Position numbers and translations under genes: made by a program
NCBI GenBank assembly: GCA_043228905.1
Contig: JBHGNT010000001.1
Coordinates: 6,944,001 to 7,008,000, forward strand
Origin: Azolla caroliniana
Lineage: Eukaryota > Plantae > Polypodiophyta
Direction: 5' to 3'
Length of the DNA stretch: 64,000 bases
Notes under the pieces: model-generated
What the model was told of the DNA's origin: nothing
What the model saw: the letters and a program-made list of their open reading frames with translations, nothing else
Databases searched by the model: none
In this document: positions 1-12,637 of the stretch, piece by piece
How positions within the stretch are numbered: the stretch's first letter is position 1
How the letters are laid out: every line of letters begins with the position of its first letter

Positions 1-260
1 AACAAGCAATTCTTAACATCAACAAAAACCTGTTGTGATCCATGTGACATGGCATAGTCCATGGTGAGGTTGTTGTGTAAATTTATGACCAGAGAGAGAG
101 AGAGGTTTGTGGAATAGAAATTGGGGGAAGTCAACATAGACATCCTCTTTAGCCATAAACAATATATGGACATTTTATACTCTAGTCTTAAATTAATTTG
201 TTTACAATTGAATTGTTTTACCGAATTGATATATTTCTACAAATTCATGAATGACTTAAC

Positions 261-552
261 ATGTTTTCCACCTTATGTGTTACACTTGCTTTTATGCTAA
301 TTGAAGAAATAGATAAACCTCATCATTAAATAGAACAAAATCATGAAGATTGCACACTTGATAAGTGGTATTGAATCCTCTAATATGCAAAGAAGGATCT
401 AACCCATCTAGTTCTTTTGGCTCCCATATCGTGCACCTTATGTATTACACTTTCTTTTATAACTATGAATGGATTACCATGTCTTGCACCTTTCATTTTT
501 TAAATTTGTTATACCACTTTGCATGTTAGTTGAAGAAATAGATAAACCTCTC
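261..552. repeat. Diverged ~230-240 bp tandem repeat interrupted by the copia; continues at ~5921-6105
   Basis: TTGAAGAARTAGATAAACCTC recurs near 300, 531 and 5978. The downstream AGGATCTAACCCA...GGCTCCCAT block recurs near 394 and 6070. Confidence 0.75.
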
Positions 553-980
553 TGTGAAAATTAACGTGTAGAAGTGTATAGACACAACCAGCTCTGTCGG
601 ATAGCAACAGAAAACGGAATGAAGGTTTACTAGAAAGCTTCAAAATACACAGAGAATACGTGAGACGGACTGAGAGAGAGTAGAACACACAAAACTATAT
701 TAAAAAATACTTTGTATAAACTCTGTACATACAAGTGTGCTTTAGAACACTTTTTATACAATTCCTTAAAAGGACTGACAGAAATACTAACAAGTACTTC
801 AATGCTCATACTGAGCTACTTACACTAACTCCGAGAACCATAACTACCTAGTAGACTAGGAGTGTAGGCCTCCAACGGCCTACCGATTCGCACATGGATC
901 CAGCCCTCCAATCCGGCTCAGCGATCTGGCTCTCGGCTTATTCAACTGATCCGGCCCACGTTGAGCTTGCTTGCTCAACA
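553..980 (-). repeat. 3' LTR of old copia element
   Basis: Starts TGTGAAAA, ends CAACA next to the PPT, and aligns by eye with 5511-5920. Confidence 0.9.
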
Positions 981-1155
981 CTCCCCCTCAAGCTCAACTT
1001 GAGGTTGGGTCGTCGTGTTAGTGTCCGCCAGTCCTTTCCTTCGGCTCCTCCTAGCATTTTCTTGCCTTGCTCGCGCTCTTCGACCCATCTGGTTTCGCAC
1101 ACCTCAACCTTCTCAGTCCACTTGTCTACTCATAAGGCCCCTCTCATCTCCTTCC

Positions 1156-3040
1156 CTACTGTGACTTCGGCGCTTCTCGACCCGTCGACTTTCGTTGCCT
1201 TCTCATCCACTTGGCCTTCAATTGATTCGGTTCCTCTGAATCGAACTTGTCCGAATTGACCTTCTTCAATTCGCCTTCATTATTTAGGCCCTTCACCACA
1301 TCAAACCATATCCGGGTCTTGGCCTTCATCTTTTGGTCGGCTTTGCCACTGTTGCCGCTTGTTTCGACTTTATCGTATGTGTCGACTTCTTCAGTCGACT
1401 CAACTTCCTTTTTCTCCTTGTCTCCCCATGTTTTGGTTTCGTTCTCCTTCTTTTCGACTTCTCTAGTGGCTTTACCTATTTTCCTAGTTCCTGTTGAAGT
1501 TCTCCCCCTCAACTGCAGCACATCGAGATGTTGTCGCCCTAGCATCTCTTAAAAGTGTTGCAACTTGTCCAATCCGAGTGGCTTGGTGAAGATGTCTACA
1601 ACCTACCGATTGGTTTGAACATATTGGAGTTCGGCTTCACCACTCACACACAAAGTGATAATGCACTTCTATGTGCTTTGTCTGAGCATGGAACACAAGG
1701 TTCTTGGCCAACTGCATGCTAATGATGTTGTCGTAGTAGATCAGGATCGGAGTTGGTACTTCGATCTGGAGGTCTTACAGCGGCCGCTGAAACCAAATGG
1801 CTTCATAAGTTGCGACGATAGCTCTTCGATACTCAACCTCAGTGCTCGATAGAGCCATTGTTGGCTGCTTCATGCAACAACTACGCTACCAAGAGAAAAC
1901 ATGAAGCCAGATGTTGACCGACGATCCAACGCATCACTGGCCCAGTCGGCATCCGTATAGCCAACTAGTTGTTCGGCTATATCGTGTCGGTACAACACTC
2001 CCCGATCCTTAGTGCCACTCACGTATCGCAATAGTCGATGCGCACACTAAAGGTGCTCGACGGTTGGTAGCTGCATAAACTAGCTTAGCACCCCGACTAG
2101 ATAGTTGATGTCACGTCAGGTGATAGTAAGATATATTCGTCTTGCGATAATTTGTCAGAACCGTTTCTCGTTGTAGGCTAGCCCTGAGTTGGGACGCAGT
2201 TTCTCATTCCGGTTAAGGGGTGTTGAGACCGGTCGCCAATCCGTCCTACTAAACTTGAACAACATATTCAGTACATAGTGGCTTTGTGACAACAATATAT
2301 TGTCGGGGGTGTGAATCACTTCGATCCCGAGGACGTAATGAAGGTCCCCAAGGTCCTTCATCTCAAATGATGCCACAAGTTGAGACTTCACGCAACCGAT
2401 TTCCACCGTGTCGGCGCCGGTGATGACTAAATCATCAACATAAAGTAAAAGACTTACCGGACCATTCCTACTTTGCCAGATGCAGAGTGAAGAGTCTGAC
2501 TTGGATGTAACAAACCCCATCCAACACATGTGTTGCGTGATCTTCAGGCACGTAGGGTTTGCTTTAATCCGTAAAGAGACTTCTTCAATCGGCATACTGC
2601 TGAAGCATTCAATCCGGATGGAAATCCGAGTGGCTACACCATGTATATTTGTTCCTCAAGTTTTCCTTGTAGGAACGCGTTCTTCACATCCATCTGGTGC
2701 AAATGGCAACCCTTTGCTGCAGCGACCGCAAGCAAGACACGGATGATCGTCATCTTCGCGACCAATAGAAACGTCTCGTCGTAGTCGATATCGTGTGGCT
2801 CTACATAGCCCTTGGCCACTAACCAGACCTTGTACTGTTTGACAGAGCCGTCATTGTTGTACTTGATCTTGTACACCGACTTGCATCCGATCAGCTTCAC
2901 ACCTTTGGGGACGTCAACTAGGTCCCAAGTCTCATTCTCTATTAATGCTCACACCTCTTCCTCCATGGCGGCATGCCAATTCGCGTCTTTCGTCACATTT
3001 GTGTAGTTCTCCAGGTCACACACTTCTGCCACTTTCGTCA
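1156..3040 (-). pseudogene. Copia RT-RNase H pseudogene with charged C-terminal extension
   Basis: ORF pieces [53 protein letters not shown], ...LQLRGR. Confidence 0.9.
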
Positions 3041-4879
3041 AACAAATCCGGATCTGGTAAAGCCAAACATGGAAATCGGCAGTGGCCACACTACGCTGAA
3101 GGATCAGAAAGATCCGGAACCAAAAAAACCAGAAAAGGGCCAACCTTTGTGATGAAGCACAAGGCGAAGTCGATGAAGAAAACCACCTTACAATCGGATT
3201 AGGTGTGGTACGTTGACTCCGGAGCATCAAATCACATGACAAGCCATGAAGAATGGTTCTCATATCTAGAGAAACCGGAGCAACCAGGAGTGATCAAAAC
3301 CAGAGACGACAGTCTACACGTGATCGAAAATGTCGGTAAAGTTCCCTTAAGTCATGTCGGACAGAAAGGGAAACTCATGAACGTGTCGCACGTTCCGACA
3401 ATCACAAAGAACCCGGTGTCGGTTGGGCAGATCCTCAACCAAAGGTTGCAAGTTTGATTCACACATCTCAAGTGCTTCATCGAGGAAGAGGGCCAAATCA
3501 TCGCTCAAGGGTGTCGGGACGGGAGGATGTTCATCCTCGACACCAATGACATTGGCACCGCTTTGTTTGCGAAAGGACAGAAAGTCGAGTCGGATATTGA
3601 CTTATGGCACAAGTGGATCAACCACGTCAACTACTAGAGGTTTCAAGATTTGCATCCAAAACAAGTTGTTTTCAATTAGCAAAAATTTAATGGCCGAAAG
3701 GCCCAAATTTGCGAAGCCTGTAAGCTTGGGAAGCAACATCGACTTCCATTCCCAACCGAATGAAACCAGAGCCGGAACAAGCTCGACTTGATACATTCGG
3801 ATGTATGGGGACCGACACAGAATGTTAGTCTTGGCTAGAGTCGATATTTCGTCTCCTTCATCAATGACTACAGCCGACACACCTGGATCTACCTCATTGA
3901 GAAGAAGAGCAAAGTCTTCGACTATTTCTAGAACTTACAAAGTCTTGTCAAACGGGAAACGCTGAGGAAGATAAAATGTCTGCGGTCGGATGGTGGAAAA
4001 GAATACTTTTCCAGCCAATTCAATTGTTATTTGTATCTTATGGGAATTTGGAGAGAATTCAACTACAGATATACGTCGGAGCAAAACGGCGTACCCAAAC
4101 AGAAGAACTAGTTGATTGTGGAAGCGGCACGGGCAATGCTGGGGGAGAAGAGCATGCCCAAGTTCTACTGGACCAAAGCAGTCTGAACCACCGTTTACAT
4201 CCAAAACCGGAGCAGGGAAATAGTGTCAGCACATGAGCTATATTTCGGGCGAAAGCCAAATTTAAGGCACCTTAGGTTGTTCGACAACATTGCATATGTG
4301 CAGGTGCTGGATGAGAAGGGGAAGAAGTTGGACGCAAAGTCGGAGAAGTGCATATTGGTCGGCTACTCACATGAGCAGAAGGGGTATATTAAGTGTTATA
4401 ACCTCCAGACCAAACAAGTTCAAGTGAGCGAAGGTATCGAATTCGACACATCTACATCTTGGTACTCCCTACCGACTCTGACTCTGACCCTTGACAACTC
4501 TGACCACTCGATCACTGAGGATGAGGCCAGTGAACCTGACATGATTCGGGAAGAGGAAGAAGAAGAAGACTTTGGTACTCTAGAATAGAGTCCGATCTCA
4601 TTCCGGTTGAGTGGGCCAAATGAGAGACTGAATCGGATCGACTAGTCAGATGAAGGGCCGACGAGTGGTGAGGACTCGGTCGTGCAGTCCTCGCGCAAGG
4701 AACTGAGGAGACGGTTCACGCGTAAAGAGAAGGGGAAGAAGATGTCGGGGTACGACACAGACATGGAAACGTCGGATCGGAGCGACTCCAACACCATAAA
4801 GAATGAAGACACACCTTCGGAGACGAAGTCCAAGTCGGCCAAGAGGGCCCTAAAATCAGCAAACAAGAAGTTACGCTAA
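3041..4879 (+). pseudogene. Inverted copia gag-tail/protease/integrase segment
   Basis: + strand WYVDSGASNHMT, GAG-pre-integrase (LWHK...CEAC), rve core, and LDAKSEKCILVGY. This is opposite to the rest of the element. Confidence 0.9.
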
Positions 4880-5400
4880 TCAGCATCGATCGCAAGTCAA
4901 AGAAGGACAGTGGCTTCTCCCAAGTACATATTGTTGTCCGAATTGGCCCATACCTCTGCGCTAGACCATTGAGACAAATCTGCACCATTTCATCTTCGTC
5001 CACGGTCACGTGGATGGACCCTAGCTCATCGCAAATCTCCTTGATCTTGGTGGTGTAGTTGGTGACCGACATGTCCCTTTATTGGACACACTTGAGCTCT
5101 TGATGGAGCTGCAACTTGCGCCAAAAATCTTTTTGAGATTTTCTCAGGCTTCCTTCAACGTTTTCACATCTCTTATTTAGCCGAGCATCTGGTCATGCAC
5201 ACATGATGCGAGACAGTACAACACTATGCTCGCTCCTTGTTCCTATGTCGGGAAGTCTTTGTGTGTCGGCTCCGACACTACCTCGTCTGGTCCTTCGACA
5301 TAACTCCAATACCCATGTCCAAGCAGGTATTGGTGCATCTTGTACGACCAAGACGCATAGTTGTTCTTGTCGAGCTTCTCCGTCAGAAGCGAGCTTGTTA
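4880..5400 (-). pseudogene. Copia gag N-terminal pseudogene
   Basis: MSVTNYTTKIKEICDELGSI...VQICLNGL (retrotransposon gag/UBN2-like) downstream of the PBS. Confidence 0.85.
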
Positions 5401-5510
5401 TGCTTCTATCCATCTTCTTCTTCTGTTTGTTCTCACTAGGTGTTAGAGTTTGTCTGTGTTACAACTCTTGTTGGCAGTAGAGGATACTCAACCCTCACGC
5501 TCTGATACCA

Positions 5511-5920
5511 TGTGAAAGTTAACATGCGGAAGCATATAGACACAATCAACTCTGTTGGATAACAATAGAAAACAAAATGAAGGTTGGATGGAAAGCTTCA
5601 AAATACACAGAGAATACGTGAGAGAGACTGAGAGAGAGTAGAACACACAAAACTATATTAAAAAATACTCTATATAAACTCTGTACATACAAATGTGCTT
5701 TAGAACACTTTTTATACAAGTCCTTAAAAGGACTAACAGAAGTACTAACAAGTACTTCAATGCTCGTACTGAGCTACTGACACTAACTCCTAGAACCATA
5801 ACTACCTAGTAGACTAGGAGCGTAGGCCTCCAACAGCCTACCGATTCGCACATGGATCCGGCTCTCCCATCCGGCTCTCGGCTTATTCAGCTGATGTGGC
5901 CCACGTTCAACTTGCTCGCA
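5511..5920 (-). repeat. 5' LTR of old copia element (outer end truncated)
   Basis: Directly follows the PBS. Matches 553-~972 but lacks the terminal CTCAACA. Confidence 0.88.
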
Positions 5921-6441
5921 TGGTTGCCATATCTTGCACCTTTTATTTTAAATTTGTTATACAACTTTGCATGTTAGTTGAAGAAGTAGATAAACCTCAC
6001 CATTAAATAGAATAAAATTATGAGGATTGTAGTCTTTTAAGTTGTATTGAATCCTTTAAGATGTAGATTAGGATCTAACCCACCTACGTCTTTTTAGGCT
6101 CCCATCCTTGATAGAGAGAATATTGTTCGCACTAGGTCATTGATAATTGGGCCAAAGATTTGAGGAATGAATATGGTATTTTGGTTACATGATGGGCGGA
6201 GCACATGTTGGAAAGGTTGTCCCATCAATGTAAAACATTGAAATTATAAAACTTTCATTAGTATTTTTATTACCTTGGAAGATGGGATGGTGATGAGATA
6301 CTATGCATTATCTTATGCTACATTTTGGGCTAGTTCTATTTCGTTTTTACATCAATATCCTTATAGTTTGAATTGAATTCACTAATATATATTGTTAGCA
6401 TGTTTTGTAAACCATTTTCCCTAAGTTCATATAAGTGTGAT

Positions 6442-6916
6442 TAGCAATGGGCACGGTTTCGGCTCGGACCGAACCGTTAAGCCATGGCTTAACGGTTTAT
6501 TGGTTCAAAGATAAATAAACCGTTTGGTTTGGTTTCAAATATTATGATGTAGTTTGGTTTCGGTTCGGTTCGGTTTTGAATTTCATGGTTTAGCGGCTTA
6601 TCGGTTTGGTTTGGTTTGGTTTTGAATTTCACAATTTAGCAATTTAGCAATTTCGGCTTATGTGGTTTGGTTTTAAGGTTTTAAGGTTAAAAAGTTTTGA
6701 AGGTTTAAAGGTTTATAGGTTTGGTTTTTTATTTATGATAAACCGATTTGGTTTGGTTCTAAAATTTTCATAAACGGTTCAGCTCTAAACGGTTTGGTTT
6801 AAATGGCTTCATAAAATTTAAACAGTTTGGTTTGGTTTTTAATATAAATAAATGGTTTGGTTTGGTTTGGTTTGGTTTGGTTTCAAGGCCAAGAAACCGA
6901 ACCGCGCCCGTTGCTA
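6442..6916. mobile_element. Non-autonomous hAT-type element (MITE-like)
   Basis: TIRs TAGCAATGGGCACGGTT / AACCGCGCCCGTTGCTA. Perfect 8-bp TSD AGTGTGAT (6434-6441, 6917-6924). Interior packed with GGTTT/CGGTT motifs. Confidence 0.92.
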
Positions 6917-6929
6917 AGTGTGATACAAT

Positions 6930-8650
6930 TACGATTCTCCTTAATGGTCATATACCTCAAATGTTTATATGTCACCTTGATGGTATGTGACAACTAAAGC
7001 GCTTGAGTATAGACTTGAAGTAAGGCTTGGTGTGTCAAAAATGGAGAAGCTATGTGAGTTTGGTGCATGTGGAAAGTGGTTGTGAAAAGCATTCTCAAAT
7101 TGTTGTGTATGTTTCACATTGTCGTGTGAGATTTGTGTCATCCTTGATCTCACGATTAGGGCAAAGTTTGCAAATACAATTTGTTGTAGCAAGTTCTCTT
7201 CATGGTCCATTTTTTAATTCATATCTTGACGAGTTGAGGATGATTGGCCTTCTTGTGTTAAATGTCATGGTGTGAGACGATGTGGTTAGATGTGTCCCTT
7301 ATTACCGTTTAGGTGTTTCAACATGTTGGAATTATTATTGTAGTAGTATCACATCTCGTTCTTGGAATTCTTTTTCCATTTGGTTGTGATTGGAACATCA
7401 ATAAACCCCGATTCAATGCTTGCCATAAGCATATCATTAGCGTGTAGCTTGGGTAACAATTCTTATTGTCTTTTAAACTATTCTTGTATTGTGTGCTGCA
7501 CTAGAATAAAGAATATTGTTTCTTCTCCTTCCATGTTTTCTTGCCAACATTCCAAGCTTGGGTTGCTTGGTGATGTGACTCCATGCCCCTTAATTTAGTC
7601 ACATACTTTTGGACGGTCATCAAAACCCCTATTTTCATGAGTTTGGCCCTTATTTGAAGGAGCATCAGAAAGTATGTGTGGTGATCTTGGTGCCAAGGTG
7701 GTGTCATAAAAGCATCATTTATAGATTCTCAATAATTATCCGTCTAGAAGAAAGCATGTTTCTTCCCTATACTTTCTCACCATACTAACAAGACTAGGAC
7801 CAATTTCAAATGTGAATTTGCATTTGGATCCAAAACTGTGGTAGCTTGGCCAACCCATGGTATATGCAGTGTGCACGCAATAGGATTGGAGTCAACACCT
7901 AAGTCCTTGAAAGAGTTCACCAATTCAATAACATCGCTCTTATAAGTAAGTAGTGGGAAATCTAGGTATATGATATTCAACTATATATGTAATTGCTTTT
8001 CTCGGCATTCCACGAGAGGAACATTGACATCCCGTGAGAATAGCATTACATAGTTTGTAATATGTATAATGAAGTAACGTAACCAAATGTTTGCCTAACA
8101 TTGGGTTTAGAGTTCCTCATTGTGTGTTGCTTATATGACGAAATATTGTAAGTGCTCTATGCAAAAACTAAATAGCATGAGTGAGAGAGCGTTATCCTAG
8201 CTTCATTTGATATTGCTTGTAGAATCATCAAAGAACCCATTTGTTTTTACATACAACACACTCTAATGAAGTTTTGTCCACTACAAATTGGTATTCTCTT
8301 TTGTAATCTTGCCTCAATTTTTGTGAAATCCATAAATCAAATTTTCCTTTGAATTGACCCTCCTAACCTTAAGGTTAATTGGATGACTATCATGGAGTGT
8401 TTGGGTTTGAAACTAGCTTCTTTGATGGGTCTTTTATTGTGTATTTCCAGTGCACAATTACTTCTTTTCTTCTTCATGATTGTCCCATATAGTTTTGCAA
8501 AAATAGAACTTACCAAGATGCACAATATGTAAAAAGCTTATTCGAGTTTCCATGCTTCTAGCTAAATGGCTACTTTTCTAGAATTTTGGAAACCTTTTGC
8601 TATTTTGATGTTGAAGAGTTTTCTAAGATTCACCCAATCTTGAAACACAA
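6930..8650 (-). mobile_element. Highly decayed non-LTR (LINE, RTE-like) RT relic
   Basis: ILVSSIFAKLYGTIM...ASFKPKHS resembles the RT N-terminal region (xxRPISxx...QxGFR). IELVNSFKDLGVD resembles the YKYLG motif. Confidence 0.6.
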
Positions 8651-10579
8651 TAAGGAGCAAGAAGTATATATATGTACACCATACAATATAAGTTAATTAT
8701 TGTGGGATTTGAACATTTAACCCGACTATTGTTATGTTTGTGGGTTTATTACCTAACATTTAGTTATCCATGAGGTTCTTTATTTTATACCAATCCTCTA
8801 CTTAACAAAGGAAATGTGTGAGGACGTAAAGGCATTGTGAGGTTTTAGAGATGTTATGTGTTAAGATCGATGCTAATGTTTCTTATTGTCAAACAGTCTT
8901 AGGATGTACAGTATTTATTGGGAAGACGCCCAATATCCCCAAGGAATTACCAAAATAATGCTACATTTTTTTCAAGGTGGTCGTATTTCCTCAAAATCGC
9001 CACAACTTACCCCTAAATTTCACAAACTTACAAAACCACCACTACTTTTGAATTGTAACCTTAATATCTAATTAGTTAGTTTCTAATTTGTATAGGTGAT
9101 TAATATAAGTAAATGACTCACTTAGTATAGGTGATTAATGACATGAATCACCAAGTTTTTTGTGCCTAATTAGCAATCCCTTTTACCAATTAAGGACTAA
9201 TAAGTTAAAGATTATTTATTGGAATATGGAATAAAGTAGGGGTATTTTGGTATTCTAATGAGTTTGAAAACCATCATGGTACTCTCTGAAAAGTTTGGAA
9301 GCATAGGAACTTCTTTTTCAGGTTTCGGTTGTTACTGGTTAGCATTTAGCCTTGTACTAGGAAACATGTTTCATGGAATCACCACAATCTACAATAGCTA
9401 TATTTGATTAAACTTTACATGTTCAAAATATGCATGCCATTTAAAGTTAAAAAACAAGTGCCTCGTATCGATCAAGAATTGTACCATTCAAAGAAATACC
9501 CGTATATTCAACATTTATGGGCATCCTACATTGCTTCTACGATACCTATTCTAGAATAAGTGTTTGAATGTGTAATCTCCCCTTGGTTTGAGGAAGTCAT
9601 GAAACCTTATAAAGGATAATAATATAGCTACATAATGCATTTGCCTATCGCTCATCTTTATGGTGAGATAAGAAGAACCAGATAGTATTTGCATTATGCT
9701 TTCCTACAAATAAAATATCGAGAACGCATTAACATTCATTTTCTTTATACCACCATTGTATAGTCAAGCTTACCTTCATGTGTAGTGATTACATTGATGT
9801 GGATGGTGAGGCGTGTATTTGCACCTTTCACCCTTTAGCATGAGAAAAAATTGAAGAAATAACGCTTCACAATGGAGAGCAGAGGGCCACCATTAAGCTG
9901 AGATTTTGCTAACAAATCATCTTTTATTAAGTTTATGTTTCTTACCTTTTTTCTTTTTCCTTCATATGCATAGAATCTAAGGTTAGTTTTTCGACAAGTC
10001 GCAATATTGCAAGGTTATTTCACATTAGCATTTATCTTGCTATAATAACTTCCAAGCTAAAATATTATATAACAATATTGTCTTGTTAAGAAAATAGGTC
10101 ACTACACGTGAATTATATCTACTATCTCATATATGTACGAACAAGACACTTGTTTATCTATAGACAATATAGAAATTAATTTCGCAGTGACAATACTCTG
10201 AAAAGTTTCAATAGAATGGTATGTACTATTGATGTTCAAGTTCAACCAATTTGATTTGTCCCACATTCAACGTTCCACATCTATGCATATGTGAAAAAGA
10301 AGACAATAAAGATAGATGCTCCTGTATACAAACAAAATTTTGTAGTTGCAACAATCGAAATGGCTCGATCCTAAATTCTAAGAATTTAGTGGAAATATAC
10401 ACGCTAAATACATCGAGGCACAATTGAGTAATAAGAAATTCACATAGTGTATGTTTGCTTTAACTATTCCTTTCCTTCAATACCAAAATAAGATGGGTAA
10501 AGACGTACTCTTTTGCCAATCAATGATGTTAGCTTCAAGTGAAGCCATTCACTTACACATCATAAGCCTCTGGTGTAGA

Positions 10580-12637
10580 TCAATGGCGTCGCTTTATCAA
10601 GGACGATTTGTGCTCCTCCAAAATTTGGATTACCTCATAAATCTATGCAAGCAAGAGAACCTAATATAAGATTTAAGTGTGCATTATTATATATACATAT
10701 TGTCAATGCAATCCCAAGTGTGTTTGTGGTAAGAGTTAACAATTGCATATACGTAATCTTTCTTTCTATGCAAACCATGTATACCATGTGCATTCTAACG
10801 ACATGATATGTCAACATTTGCGCAAATGAATGCATTCTTCTCAATTTCAGTACATGTATATTACAAAAAGTACTACCCTTACTATGTAAATAATATGTAA
10901 AAAGATGCATCTTTCTTTCGGATTCTAACCCCCCAAGTTTGTAGCAAATGGCACACTTCCAATGCCAAAAACAAAAGCTCGAAGCCATAAACTTATCAGT
11001 ACCTGCGATTTAAACCGGCCGTTTGTTGTAGTCTCGTGAAGTGCCGAGAGAGCCAATAAAGGGTTCATATTCAAGACCATGGTCCTATGCCTGGAGCTAT
11101 GCCTACAAAGTTGGAAAAGAATGAGAAGGGCCAACTCTTGGCTCTTCCTGGATCCTCTCTCATGAATGACCTCCAAGAGAAACTTGATCCCTCCTTCCGC
11201 AACAAAGGCAACCCTCCCTTCTTCTAAGCTCACAAGGTTCCTCAAGATAGCCATGGACTTCTCCATCATCCCTGCATTGAGGCCCTCGTCTGAAATGAAC
11301 TGCAAGAGGAGCCTCGTCGCCCCGCCTCGCACCATCCTCCTCTTGTTGTCATCCATTGAAGACAAGCTATAGAGCGTAGTGGCCGCGTCTTTCTTTCCCC
11401 TATCTGACCCATTGTGCAACAATTCCAAGAGCGGGGGGATCACGCCCATCGACCCGACTTTCGCCTTGATGTCCTCGTCCTTCCCGACCAAGTTCACCAA
11501 CGCAACGGCCGCATTCTCCATGGCAATGGAGCTCAACCCGTGCGAAATCGTGCGGACTAGAGACTCAATGGCATTGCCCGATGCAAGGATCCTTCCTCGT
11601 ATGTGATGGTTAAGGGAGAGGTTGAGCAAGGTGGCGGTCGCCTCTTGTTGCGAGATTTGGTCAGGGTCGTCACCGTCGGCTCGGTCTGAGGTGTCGGGAT
11701 CCATGAGCTTCAATAATGGGCCCACGGCCCCGGCATCGAAAATCACCATCCGCTTGTCATCATCGTGCTTCGCTAGCAACCGAAGCTCCTTAAGGGCAGC
11801 CCGGCGCGTCTCGAGGAGCTCGGATTGTAGCCGGAGCACGAGGGTGTGAACCCTCGACACCGTATATTGGATCGATTCTAGATCTCCCTCTCTTATCTGT
11901 AGACCAGCACCACCACCGATGTTTGAGTGTGGTGGTGCCACTTGATTATGCGAACCCGCATGTGACACCCTTTGGGGCGAACCTAATTCCGATACCATCT
12001 CGCCCTTGTGCTTCTGGGACAAGGGGAATGACATCGAGGCCGAACCGCTGGTGCTCGGGTACGAGGAGAAGCTTTCGTTGAGGGGTCCCCGGAAGACTTC
12101 CGGGAATGCGCGGCTGCTGGTTGTCGAGCACGAATTGATGGAAGTAGAAGAATTTGAGAGGCCGCCATCGCCATGGAAATGCCGAGGTTTGAAGCCCGAC
12201 CAGGAGTGGTTGTTGGTAGGACAATGGGTTAGGGTTGGGTTTTGCTTTGTGTGGGTGGTGCGAGCCGGTGCCGGGTTGGTTGTGCCGGGGTCCCGGGAGG
12301 GAGTTCCGGAATGAGAGTTGGACTCGGGCTCGGATCGGCGCTGGGGCTGGGGCTGGGTGGAGGAGGGGCTACACTCATGGAGGTCTTGGAGGAGCTTGGG
12401 AAGAGGGCTGGACGACGACGACGAAGAAGAAGAAGAAGTGCAATGGCCGGAGAATTGGGCCTCCTCGAGGCCGCGGAAATGGCCGGACAAATCGTCGAGC
12501 CCCATACAAGGCCGGTGGATGGGCAATTCGCTGGACCGGGCTCCACGGAAGCGGGAAGCGGCGGCAACACGGCTGGACATGATGTTCTGGACCACATGAG
12601 ACTTGTTTAGAGAAGGATCTATCTTCCCCATCTTCAT
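10580..12637 (-). CDS. Armadillo-repeat protein (PUB4-like ARM region, no U-box), ~565 aa
   Basis: Exon 1 12637-11003 (ATG of MKMGK; donor CAG|GTACT). Inferred exon 2 10642-10580 (acceptor GCATAG|, IYEVIQILEEHKSSLIKRRH*). ARM repeats: ELRLLAK, AGAVGPL, QEATATLLNLS, GVIPPLLELLHNGSDRGKKDAATTLYSL. Confidence 0.88.

Larger units (their letters stand above)
553..5920 (-). mobile_element. Degenerate Ty1/copia LTR retrotransposon with internal inversion
   Basis: Diverged direct LTRs at 553-980 (TG...CA) and 5511-~5920. PBS GCTCTGATACCA at 5499-5510 (tRNA-iMet complement on -). PPT CTCCCCCTCAAG at 981-992. Fragments of gag, protease (WYVDSGASNHM), integrase, RT (LLLYVDDL) and RNase H with many stops and frameshifts. 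Confidence 0.95.

Noticed and set aside
10925-11002. ORF tail VLISLWLRAFVFG... as a transmembrane C-terminus of the ARM protein
   Set aside because: It begins at a good GT donor, and a better in-frame terminal exon exists at 10642-10580. Likely intron read-through.
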